Shown here: piece by piece, positions 13,268-25,490 of the stretch
How positions within the stretch are numbered: position 1 is the first letter of the stretch
Layout of the letters: the number at the start of each line of letters is the position of its first letter
NCBI GenBank assembly: GCA_951406725.2
Contig: OX597826.1
Span: 56,730,001-56,794,000, forward strand
Origin: Octopus vulgaris
Taxonomy: Eukaryota
Direction: 5' to 3'
DNA length: 64,000 nt
Program-made: the position numbers and the translations under genes
The notes under the pieces: model-generated
Databases searched by the model: none
What the model saw: the letters and a program-made list of their open reading frames with translations, nothing else
What the model was told of the DNA's origin: nothing

Positions 13268-15763
13268 TGTGCATACTCATGTCTACATACAAAACATCGA
13301 TATTAGACACTCGTATGCAACAAAACTGCTGGCGATTGTGGTGATGATGATTTTCTGGAGGAGCAGCAGTGGGGGGGATTAATTTCTTGAATTTATTGCA
13401 GATTTCCAGTTTAGCCTTGTACACGTATAAATGTGGAGAGAGAGAGAGGGAGGGAGGGAAACTACCATGATTATATAATGAAGAAACTAAGTAGAATTGG
13501 TATGTCACCCAGTTAGAATACAACCACCTGATTCTTAGGTGCCTTTAATAAAGTCCATTCTTTCATAAGAATTCAGGCCATGCCTGTGGTATGAGGATAA
13601 AATCCTTCCACTTATCTTATGGGTAACACCATTCTTCCTTTGACCATTTCTTCATCAGGAAAGAAAGATAATTTTTAAAAGATTTTTTTGTGACAGTAAA
13701 TCAGTGTATCTCCATCAATGTAGCTTTGGGTTGCTGTATTTTTGTTGTTTTTTTTTTTTGCTAGATAAGCTGTCAGATTGTAAAAAACAGACAATGGTAG
13801 GTTCAAGTATTGCTACAAATTTGTTGATCTATTTGCTGTGTTCAGTTTTGCTGAAAATTATTGTTAAAAAAACATAAACATCCTAAAACTATCTGTCGTC
13901 AATGAAATGGAAATTTTTGAATGTTTCAGTTTCATAGGATCGTTTTAAGGGTCAATAGATGGATAGATTAGAAGAATTGGACATCTGTGCAAAACACACA
14001 CATGAACAGGCGCAAGTCACACATGGACATATACATAGAAATACACACACAAATACACATGCAAAACTGAGAAACATCATGTCAGTGTCAGCATTGATGG
14101 ATGACTTAGCTAGAAAGAATATTTCTTCTGCACAACATTTCCCATCACAGCAGTGGATGATGGAAAGGGATAGTTAAACAAATGCTGAAGTAATGCCAAT
14201 AGCAATGGGGAAAAATTGTTAAAAAAAGCAAAACAGAAAAAAAAAAAAAAAAAAAGGTTTTTGACATCAATGGAGGAAATCAACTGTTTCTTAAAAGACA
14301 AAACTAAAAACTAAAAGGAAAAAAAAAAAATTAATCAATTACTTACTCAATAAAATATCGAAAAGGTACAATTTCCCTTTAGTGCTCAGAACAGATATAG
14401 ATCATATGAACATGTCTCTGTGAGACCATTGGTTGACAACAGTAACAATGAGAAATGTCACCGGCAATGAATTGGAAACCCAATGCAACAAGACAGGGGT
14501 TGTTACCCTATATCAGTTGAAACTACCATTTTCTATATAATCTGTATTTGATGATGTACAGGCAAGATGTCACGAACGGATAAAATTACTGAGGAAAACT
14601 ACCTGCTTTTCTTTTCTTCCAGCCATGGCCAATCCATCTTTTTGGATATCAAGAACTACTTTATCTAATGTGTCCATCCTTTTCTAAGGTGGTGAGATGA
14701 AATGAGAGAATTTAGCTACTATTTTGAAAATGTTGAGTAGCCACATAGATGCATAAAGATTCTTTTATTCTCTTAAATTGCTGTTATATTGATTCAAACC
14801 AGCTGCCAGCATCTTAATGGGTTTCTGTGAATCAACATCTTCATCTAGATTGCTTAGCTTCCATTGTAAAGGAGAAAAGATGATTACATGGGAAGTTAAC
14901 TGCAACAGACTGATACCCTATCCAAGAGGGATTAATCTCTCTTCCACTTCATACCACAAAACAAAAGCTAAACACTAGGCTCTTGAGGGTCCTTTGGGGA
15001 ACCAGGAAACATTATTTTAAATATCATATTTGATGTTGCTGTTGCTTAGGATAATCTAGAACAGCATTATTGAATGTGTTCTTCCCTTTTTGTAAGGTGG
15101 TGGTGTTGGTGGTGGTGGGGGGTGGGGGTAATTTCAGAAAAATTTGGTTGCTATGTCTACTATGGTGAGATATTGTGTAGAATTTCCCTAGCTGACTAAG
15201 TATTTGAAAAAATATTTGAGGCTTCAATTTCTAGTAATTGCTCAACCCATCACTTTCTTCAGTTCAGAATATGTCGCCTGGGTAAAGATAAAAAGTTTAG
15301 ATTGTAGAAGAGTGCTGGTGGGTGGGTGGGTGGAAGATGATATGAAAGACGCAGCTAAATTGCTTCATTTCTTAATTCATTCCATTTCTACCCAGACTGC
15401 AACTAGAGACGCTCATTCTGAAGCTGAACTGGTTCACCCACCCTGAAGTGTTAAATTAAGGGTATCCCTTCTAGTGAGCATCACTGACAATACGACTGTA
15501 ATTAAGTGAAGTGATGAGCCATTATGATAAAAGAAAGAAATAAAGCCTATAAATATATTCTATGTTAGGTACATGCGCACACAAACACACAGAGCTTGCA
15601 TATTACTGTATAGAACCCATCTCCCTTGCTAATGGATTTCTGTTCTTATACACTTAGAGATACATATGCACACATATACATGTGTATGTGTGTTAAAGAG
15701 AGAGAGAGAGAGATAAAAACACGATTTTAAAAGGGAATATCATGTATGTATGTGTGTGTGTGT

Positions 15764-15972
15764 AGAAACGCTAGCACGCCGGGCGAAATGCGTAGCCATA
15801 TTTCGCCTGCCGTTACATTCTGGGTTCAAATTCCGCCGAGGTCGACTTTGCCTTTCGTCCTTTCGGGGTCGATAAATTAAGTACAAGTTATGCATTGGGG
15901 GTCAATGTAATCGACTTAATCCCTTTCTCCTTGTTTGTGCCCTCTGTGTTTAGCCCCTTGTGGGTAGTAAAG

Positions 15973-15977
<5 letters not shown>
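15764..15977 (+). mobile_element. SINE family A (tRNA-derived), slightly 5'-truncated
   Basis: B box gggttcaaattcc, central gccgaggtcgactttgcctttcgtcctttcggggtcgataaattaagtac, 3' end ccccttgtgggtagtaaagaaata; five well-preserved copies in the window. Confidence 0.92.
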
Positions 15978-16019
<42 letters not shown>

Positions 16020-16560
16020 TGTATGTATGTACATATGTATGTATGTATACACACACACACACATATATGTGTGTATGTATGTTATACACACACACTTGTG
16101 ATAAAACATTATAAACATGATGCTCTTTTTAAAAATGAGTAAATCTCTGTCTCACACATATACACACAACATTTAAATGTGCACACACACATTCGCATGC
16201 GTATATATTCACACATACATGTATATGATACATATGCAGACGCATATATTTACATATAAGAATGGTTCTCAAACACTGTTGACAAAATGGATTCTTTAAT
16301 TAGATCAAGTGAATTACATATTCATTAGATTAACATGTAAGTGGAAGAGTATTCCACAGACAGGCAGAACCAACATGACATGGTATGTAGCAAGGCTGTA
16401 CACTCGAATGAAAGGAGCAATACCTTCAAGGGGCTTCTATGCAGTTTCCATCGAGCCTAAGACTACAAGAAACTGACCTTGCTCAACATACCATGCTGTA
16501 GGATTGAAAGTGAGAACTTGTGATAGCAAAGAAACTTCTTAACCGTTACTCACACATTGA

Positions 16561-16850
16561 CTGGCTATGAGGCAAAGGGCCATGGAAAGACCCTTGCTAG
16601 GAACATCACTATGAGAGCATATTCAAAATTAGATAATTCAAGAATGGAGCGAAGTGAGTGCGGAATGCTGAAAGCCCAAGTTCTGCAGAGCCGGACATGT
16701 CTCAAGGTTCATGGACAACGAGTGGACCCACAAACTTGCTGAGTGGTCGCCAAGAGATCAGAAAAGGCCACTTGGAAAGGCCTCCATATGATTTAGTTAA
16801 GCAATTTGGGTCAAGATAGAAAAGAGTGGCACAATCATCTCTCTGGCAGT
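16561..16850 (+). mobile_element. RTE-type LINE ORF C-terminal remnant (pseudogenised)
   Basis: Frame from 16561 reads LAMRQRAMERPLLGTSL*EHIQN*IIQEWSEV...KFCRAGHVSRFMDNEWTHKLAEWSPRDQKRPLG[fs]RPP, matching the RTE QRAMER/WAGHV/RWT/EWxPR/KRPxGRP pattern; has stops and a frameshift; right end approximate. Confidence 0.85.
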
Positions 16851-16904
16851 CACCCTGTTCCTTGAAGATATGCCTTCATTATCTTTCTCTCACTCTCTCT
16901 CTCT

Positions 16905-17205
16905 AGCTGAAGAAGTTACGTATCTCCTACTTGGCACTTGCTACTGTCCCTTGATCATACCCTTACATTGAGTTGAGTGGGGGAAGGTCTTGTCCTTGTC
17001 AGCACTTGGTGAACTCTGTAGTGTTAGGGCCATGAAAACAGCGACTAATACACTCTGTAAAGAGATTGGCATTAAGACAGGCATCCAGCTGTAGAAACCA
17101 TGCCAAAGAAGATACTGGAGCTTGGCACAGTCCTCTTGGCTCACTGGCTCCTGTCAAACCGTCCAGACCTTACTAGCATGGTAAAAAGGACTTCAAACGA
17201 TGATT
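16905..17205 (+). mobile_element. SINE family C, decayed
   Basis: ggcatccagctgtagaaaccatgcc ... ctgtcaaaccgtcc ... aaacgatgat matches the reverse complement of 27628-27778; left end approximate. Confidence 0.65.
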
Positions 17206-18556
17206 GAAGTATCTAGAAATACATCTCATATAGAGATATATTTCTAGATACATGAGTGTGTGTGTGTGTGTGTTGGTGTGTGTGTGTGCACGCACATGCA
17301 CACACACAACTGTGGTTTAGAGTCAGAACACCCAAGTAAAGTTGGCTACCACCTGATGAATTCTCTTGCCAAAAAAAAAGCTGATCATAAAAGTATATGA
17401 GTGATTATGCTAGCATTTCTATCGATGTATCTAACTGATGTATCAATAGATGTTTCTAATTGTTCATAGACACACATACATAAAACTGACATAATATAGA
17501 CAAAGTAATGTATTCATACAGGCTTCCCTAGATTATGATTTACAGTATAATGACGTCATAGCAACACACATACACACATATATACACAAGCACTAATACA
17601 TTCATATATATGAATATATATCACTAACTACTCAGATGCTCTAAATACCCATATAAATGAATTTGTATTAATATATGCAGAAATCTATAGAGCTCTGCTT
17701 GTCTATACATGTGTGTATAAATTTCTGTGAGGTGTATATGTGCCTCTGTGTGTGTGTGTGTGAGCATGTTGTGTGTGTGTATACACACACACACTAATGA
17801 AATATTCATAGAACAGACATACAAGCTCAATTTTAATACATTACTCTATGTCTGTATACACACATCTAGCACCATGGTAATTACATATCTAGATTGCATA
17901 CCGCTGTAACCACAAAATATGACTGTAACACACACACACACACACAAACAAAATCCCCATACAATGATTTAATTTTTGAACATATTTTTGAAATTAAAAA
18001 AAAAAATTTTAGAAAAATAATTAGAAAAATAAAAGTAATTACAATAAATAATTAAATAATAATAATAATAATGATAATAATTTCATTTAAACAATTTTCT
18101 ATAATACAAATATAATAAAATAAAGTTGATGATGATGAAGATGATGATGACCAAGTGCCGGGGCTTTATAAACAGATTACAATATAGTTTTACATTCACT
18201 GATAACTATAACAAGGGATAATTAAACAAGGACTACACTGAGTGACTTGTCTTACAGTTAGCACTGATATATGTATATAATATCAGTGCTTATTGTATTA
18301 CAGATATGATGACAATAGGGGAATTGAGGGATGTAGCTGGGAGTGGAGCAGTATGCCGATTGTGAACTGATGTTGGGGAAGGAGGGAGGAATAAAAGTGA
18401 GGTAACATGATTGCATGTGTGTGTATGTGTGTGTAGGTGCTTGTATACATGCTTGTGTGCATATGTAAAGGAAGCTACATAGGGAAAGTAAAGATAAAAA
18501 CTGCAAAATGCATGGCACAAAGGTTTCATATCTATCTATCTATATATATATATATT

Positions 18557-18587
<31 letters not shown>

Positions 18588-18743
18588 CACCGGAGTAAAC
18601 ACATAAATGTGAAACAAGGTGGAAAAAAGAGTACTCAAATACCAGGGGTAGAGTAATATGCTGACCGAAAAAGCTGACCGAAAACGGGAACGTGAAACTC
18701 CGAGTAACAGGTTTTGTTGAATTTCTGCTGCTTTTAAATAAAG
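18588..18743 (+). mobile_element. Short Penelope-like terminal repeat candidate with decayed hammerhead-like motif
   Basis: Complex insert within (TA)n; ctga-ccgaaa-acg ggaa cgt-gaaa-ctc c gag-ta-acag at 18674-18710, followed by aataaa. Confidence 0.5.
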
Positions 18744-18759
18744 TATATATGTATGTATG

Positions 18760-18836
<77 letters not shown>

Positions 18837-18888
18837 GACAGACATATAGATAGACAGACAGAGAGTTATAAGCTCAGACATAAGCCAT

Positions 18889-19012
18889 AGATGCAAGTAT
18901 AGCTTTGTGGTTAAGAAATTTGCCCCTTACCCATGTGGTCTTGGGGTCAGTCCCACTGGGCAGTATCTTGGGCAAGTGTTTACCATGGCTTCGGCTCACT
19001 GAAGCCTTCTGA
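18889..19012 (+). mobile_element. SINE family B 5' part, decayed
   Basis: tagctttgtggttaag ... ggggtcagtcccactg ... cttgggcaagtgt. Confidence 0.65.
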
Positions 19013-20051
19013 CTTCATTTAGTTAACAAAACATTTATATGATCTTTTATTTTGTTCCAATCATGCTGGAACACTGCTTTGAAGAATTTTTTTTAGTTGA
19101 ATAAATCGACCCTAGTACCTATGGTACTTATTTTGTTACGCTACTAGGTTTTATTGGTCAGTTGTCCTAAGTGGGAAAAAAGCACAGTCTAAAAGAAAAT
19201 TTGATCTGATGCCTGAATAAATATATATATATAATTATATATATGTGTGTATGTATACATACACACACACACACATACATTAATATTTCACTTGGCATTG
19301 TGATACTAATAACCTGATTAAGAACTCAACACACAATTCCTTCGGAAGGAAACGATAGTCAAGTACAGAGTGATAATAAGAAAATGATATGACAAAGGAA
19401 TACAAAATTATATATATATATATATGTGTGTGTGTGACATGGATTTTAAAAGATGATGATTACATTTACATATATATATATAAATTAGAAACACAGAGAG
19501 AGAAAGTGAGAGAAGAAAGTGAGTGAGTGAAGATGACAAACGTGATTGGAGGGATGGAGATAAAAGATAGAAAGACAATGTGAAAGTGAATGAGAAATAA
19601 CAGTAAAACTGAGGCAGAAAGGAAAAGAATAGGTAGATGGAGATAAATAGAGGATGTGTTGGCAGCGGTGGCGGTGTTGATGGTGGTGGTGGTGCCTGCA
19701 GCAGTGGTGATGGGGAAGGAAACCAAGAGGCCAATTCTGAAATTGATGTAATTTATTTCCGAACATGAGTGACTATTTTCAGTGGTGAACTGAAGTGACA
19801 GCCAGAGTATTTCAGAATTTGCCGAACATGAGATTTAATTTTTCAATTTGAAACGGCTCTCACTTTGCCAATACAAAAGATTTTACCTAATTTTGATGGG
19901 AAACCATGTGTGCAGGACATAACTAATTGCATTTTGCAGTACAAATTCTTAATTTGCCAAAGTTAAAAAGGAAAGAATTGCACACATGCATTGTGTGTGT
20001 GTGTGTATATTAATTTATATAAATATGTGAGTGCATGTGAGCATACATGTA

Positions 20052-20096
<45 letters not shown>

Positions 20097-20125
20097 CATA
20101 TACAGACATACACACAGTTATATAA

Positions 20126-20167
<42 letters not shown>

Positions 20168-20188
20168 CATATAAAGACATACACACAG

Positions 20189-20231
<43 letters not shown>

Positions 20232-20251
20232 CATACACGCACACACACAAT

Positions 20252-20298
<47 letters not shown>

Positions 20299-20870
20299 CT
20301 GTGAATCTCGTGAATAATGCTGATGATGATGATGATGACGGCGACGACAGTGATAGTAGTGATGATGATGTTTCAGTTACTGTAGATGATGATATTAGCA
20401 GTGGTGGTGGTGATGGTGGTAGTGGTGCTGCTGCTGCTGCTAGTAATGGTGATATTAATAGTTGTAATAGTAATAATAGTAACAGCAAGAAGAGCTGTTA
20501 ATATGAAATCCAAAATCTATATCTGTCACAGATCAAGACAAACAGATGCCAATAATTCAATCTAAAGAGTCAAGGTTTATGGCACATTTCTTTCACATAC
20601 CTGAAGCTTTAGAGATACAGGAGAAAGAATGTCGGAAGTTGTGAAATGTATGCCTTTCTTAAAGTGCCATTAGTTGGTAGAAGTAAAAACCTCTATCAAC
20701 AAGCTATTTCTATAGCCTGGTTTTCATTCTCAAGATTGAAATTGCATGAAAGGACAAAACTAACTCATAGGATATATTTTACTTAAAGAAATACAAAAAG
20801 ACAAAAATGGTCAAAGCTGATACATTTCTGATCATCGATCTACTGGATCGGGCCAGACCATGAATTAACA

Positions 20871-21008
20871 ACAATACCATGTATGAATAACAGATGGGAA
20901 GATTACGGATGGAACATCTCTGATCATAGTTTGGGTTGATTAGGTCCAACCTGGGGCTCAACAACAACTATTTTCTGTGCAACCCCATTTAGACCTAAAA
21001 ATAATACC
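20871..21008 (+). repeat. Left copy of 138-bp direct repeat flanking a SINE
   Basis: Same as 21245-21382 except gattAcgg/gattGcgg. Confidence 0.95.
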
Positions 21009-21241
21009 TATTTCTTTACTACCCACAAGGGGCTAAACACAGAGAGGACAAACAAGGACATACAAACGGATTAAGTCGATTATATCAACCCCAGTGCGTA
21101 ACTGGTACTTATTCAATCGACCCTGAAAGGATGAAAGGCAAAGTTGACCTCGGTGGAATTTGAACTCAGAACGTAACAGCAGACGAAATACGGCTATGCA
21201 TTTAGCCCGGCGTGCTAGTGATTCTGCCAGTTCGCCACCTT
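21009..21241 (-). mobile_element. SINE family A, full length
   Basis: Reverse complement starts aaggtggcgaactggcagaatc and ends gtagtaaagaaata. Confidence 0.93.
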
Positions 21242-21244
21242 TTT

Positions 21245-21382
21245 ACAATACCATGTATGAATAACAGATGGGAAGATTGCGGATGGAACATCTCTGATCA
21301 TAGTTTGGGTTGATTAGGTCCAACCTGGGGCTCAACAACAACTATTTTCTGTGCAACCCCATTTAGACCTAAAAATAATACC
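21245..21382 (+). repeat. Right copy of 138-bp direct repeat
   Basis: See 20871-21008. Confidence 0.95.
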
Positions 21383-22169
21383 GATAAGTAGTATTGGTTG
21401 CAGTTTACCAGACCATGGGAAAGAAACAACCCTTTATTCAACAGTGAGTGAGAGAAACGTCATGCCATATTGGAATTGAGCAACTGGGAGATGTCGATCC
21501 AACCCACACTATCAAACCTCACAGGAAAGAAAATGCAGCAACAAAAATATGCTAGGGCAAAGGAAAGCATGCATTTAATTATTCAAAAAGCTTAGAAAGC
21601 CTGGGATTTCATGTGTGCAAGTAGCATAGAGAAGTTAACATAATTACTGTAGGGGTCGGCAACAGTTAATTAAACTTTTCTTTTATTGCATTTTCTTTCC
21701 TTTTTCACCTCCTCCCCTTTTCTCTCTTTATCCAATTCTCTCTCTTTCTCTGTTGCTCTGTCTCAATACAGCATTAAAAATGCCAAAGAATTTAATGAAT
21801 AAAGCATTGCCACAGATTAATCCCACTGATTAACGATCACACCATCATATGAATGAATAGGAGAGGAAGAGAAACCAATACAAAATCATATTCCTTTGTC
21901 GCCAAATTAACAGAGACACATATTTATAGATGCTTTCACATTCCCCGGAAGTTTTCTCCCTTTTCAAACATCTGGTATCTATTCAATACGGCTTTTTAAA
22001 TTCATTCTGTCTGTGTGTCTATCTAACCCCTCTGCCCGCCACCTCACCTTGCAAACATCCCACACCACGACTACCACGGGATAAAAACCAAACAGAGGCA
22101 TGTTACGTAAACATTAAAACGTCAAGTCACATGTGCTTAAAGATCATTATATACAGTACAAGTATGAGG

Positions 22170-22210
<41 letters not shown>

Positions 22211-22254
22211 ACAGATGGATATATAAACAAATCCAAATAAAGAATAGCTAGTGA

Positions 22255-22548
<294 letters not shown>

Positions 22549-22646
22549 GTTATGTAGAAAACTGTATGTGCTAACGTGCTTACATATTTATCTATGCGTG
22601 TGTGTGTGTGTAGGCAGCAGCATAGATAGGTATGTATGTATGTATG

Positions 22647-22880
22647 AAGGCGGTGAGCTGGCAGAAACATTAGCACGCCGGGCGAAATGCGTAGCCGTAT
22701 TTCATCAGCCGTTACGTTCTGAGTTCAAATTCCGCTGAGGTCGACTTGGCCTTTCATCCTTTCGTGGTCGATAAATTAAGTACCAGTTACGCACTGGGGT
22801 CGATGTAATCGACTTAATACCTTATGTCTGTCCTTGTTTGTCCCCTCTATGTTTAGCCCCTTGTGGGTAGTAAAGAAATA
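22647..22880 (+). mobile_element. SINE family A, full length
   Basis: Head aaggcggtgagctggcagaa, B box gagttcaaattcc at 22721-22733; flanked by ataggtatgtatg-like direct repeats. Confidence 0.93.
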
Positions 22881-23110
22881 GGTATGTATGTGTGCCTGTG
22901 TGCCTGTTTACATTTAGGAGGAGTCTATGAAAGCTGTCTGAGTTGATTGGTATTATTGCTAATGTGGCATCTCCTGTCAACAAACAGCCTGCATGTTTTG
23001 CGAGTTCAAAGACATGCAAGACAAGAGGGCCCCTTTCATGAAAAGCACATAAGGAAGAGTTAGCAAACAGGGAAGGCATCCAGCTGTAAAACAAATGCCT
23101 CTATAATATA

Positions 23111-23331
23111 TATTTCTTTACTACCCACAAGGGGCTAAACATAGAGGGGACAAACAGGGACAGACAAAGGGATTAAGTCGATTACATCGACCCAGTGCGA
23201 AACTGGTACTTTATTTATCGATCCCGAGAGGATGAAAGGCAAAGTCGACCTCGGCGGAATTTGAACTCAGAACGTAGCAACAGACGAAATATCGCTAAGC
23301 ATTTTGCCCGGCGCGCTAACGTTTCTGCCAG
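23111..23331 (-). mobile_element. SINE family A with 14-bp TSD, nested in a decayed family C copy
   Basis: Perfect TSD gcctctataatata at 23097-23110 and 23332-23345; host sequence ggaaggcatccagctgtaaaa resumes as ctaacccataccagcatggaaaa. Confidence 0.93.
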
Positions 23332-23744
23332 GCCTCTATAATATAATCATCTAACCCATACCAGCATGGAAAAACGAATTGAAAAACAAAAGAATGAAAC
23401 AGGCACATAATAGGAGAAAGAGAGGATATTCGAGATATAGAGAGAGAATAAATTAAAAACACACAATAACAAAAAAAAAATTGTCTACATTGGTAGAGAG
23501 ACTAGTTGTTTCTTCATTGTGTGCTGACAGCATTTAAAAGGCTATTTGGTTGTTTTTTTTTTTGTTGTTGTTGATGTTCTATTTTCTTTGTTATTTTTCT
23601 GCTTCTGGTTAGAAGAAATAGTGGAAGAACAAAGTAACCAAGTACTTATTTTATCAGCTGATTAGAGGGAAGAAGAAGAAAAAGAATAGATGATGGTGAT
23701 GATAATGATGATGATGAAGATGAAGAAATGGAGCAGGGAGGAAG

Positions 23745-23790
<46 letters not shown>

Positions 23791-23919
23791 TATAATATAA
23801 AAAAAATCACAGAATCAATTAATCAATGTGTAATATAGGATGTGCATATATTTTCATGTATTGATCAGTATGTTAACTATTTGACCTCTCAACTATATAG
23901 ATCACCGATGATGATGATG

Positions 23920-23964
<45 letters not shown>

Positions 23965-24379
23965 GCAACAATAAAACAAAAGTTTTGTCAATCAAGAATA
24001 TACAGATTGATGTATTCATAAAAACAGAAAACACATAAATGGAAGAAGCGTACATATTATATATGTATGTATGATCTATATACACACACACACACATGCC
24101 ACACAATATACTTATAAACACACACTCACACAAAACACACACACACACACACACACATACACATAGATGGACAAACATGATAAAAGTAAAATTTATCTTT
24201 ACTTACAAAGTGAAAAATGGGAGGTTGGGAGGGAAGGAGAAAGAGAGAGAGAGAGAGAGAGAGATGGTGGTAAAGAGGAGAAAACTGTTTTTCCAGAGAC
24301 TATGCTAGTAAATAATAAAAGTAATCAATGGAGACCTATGAGAGTGGAACAAATAGTGTAGGGAGTACTATAGTTGCTC

Positions 24380-24436
<57 letters not shown>

Positions 24437-24935
24437 AGGTAGACTACAGAGATCTGTGGAATGAGATTGCTCTCACAATAGTACATACAGGTAGTATATA
24501 ATCTATAACGAGCAGGTATAAGAGAAATTTATGTATTGTTGTTATTGTTGCTGTTGTTAGTTTAGCCCCATTTATGTCAGCACCGATAAAGCAGATCTAT
24601 GAACAAAGTGTATTCCAGCCATGGCTACCATTTTCTTTCTCTATTTTATTCTTTGTTTTGTTTTCAATCACAGTGGCTTTAAAACTACATTTTTCAATGT
24701 ATCCACTTTTCTTCAAAGATTGGAAGGGTTAGATTTCATGAAGATCGACCCACAAGTTACAAAACTGATTCAAGGAGTCAAGAGTTTCATGCTATGCCAA
24801 TTGAAAATAATAAACATATGCATATACCCATGTATTGAGTTCTAAATAGCCTGTTTGTTCCACCAATCCTATGTGTTTATTATGTGTATGCATGCATATT
24901 TGATGTATGTATGTATGTATGTATATATATATATA

Positions 24936-25218
24936 TATCTGTAAATGTGATATGTGACAATTATTCGGTAGCCAAGATAAAACTCCGAGTTGGAAATCCA
25001 TGCCACCATCTCTTCAGTTGTCCGACCATCAGTTTTTCCGATGGCTGGATAACTGAAGAGATGGTAGGGTGGATTTCTACTTTGGCTTCCGAAACTTGGA
25101 GTTTTATCTTGGCTACCGAATAATTGTCACATATCACATTTACAGATAATTTCCTCTATTTACATAATATGGAGGTCTCGTTCTTTCTTTCTTTTGTTAT
25201 CTTACCGTTTTTATCAAT
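24936..25218 (+). mobile_element. Penelope-like terminal repeat pair forming a 213-bp foldback (24936-25148)
   Basis: Outer arms 24936-24991 and 25093-25148 are complementary with 1 mismatch; inner arms 24992-25032 and 25038-25078 are imperfect; loop ttttt; inserted in (TA)n. The foldback is seen directly; PLE identity is inferred. Confidence 0.7.
25047..25109 (+). ncRNA. Type-I hammerhead ribozyme motif (minimal, PLE-type)
   Basis: Stem I GGAUAA(25047-52)/UUAUCU(25104-09); core CUGAAGA 25053-59; stem II region 25060-90 closed by G-C but imperfect; GAAA 25091-94; short stem III ACU/AGU; predicted cut after GUU (25103). Confidence 0.65.
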
Positions 25219-25250
25219 ATATATACATATATATATATGGGATAAAAGGA

Positions 25251-25490
25251 TAACAATTCCTCTCAAACCCTATGGACTTATAAGGGCCAGTTTCCCACTT
25301 TCCATAGAATAAATATTCCCCACCTGGAAGGAATTCTGGTCTGTCACAGGATCGCTCATTTTGCCAGCTGAGTGGACTGGGCCAATGTGAAATGAAGGCT
25401 TTTCTTCAAGAAAATCCTTCATTGCCAGGTTCACTAATTGAAACCACAATCTTACAATCATGAGACCACCACCCTAACCACTAAGCTACA
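25251..25490 (-). mobile_element. tRNA-derived SINE, family E (decayed)
   Basis: Reverse complement reads tgtagcttagtggttagggt (A box) ... gtggtttcaatt (B-box-like) ... gtccactcagctggcaaaatgagcgatcctgtgacagacc. Confidence 0.7.

Noticed and set aside
22647-22735. tRNA gene candidates at A/B-box sequences (also 25400-25490, 53597-53650)
   Set aside because: No complete cloverleaf; each continues into a multi-copy SINE body
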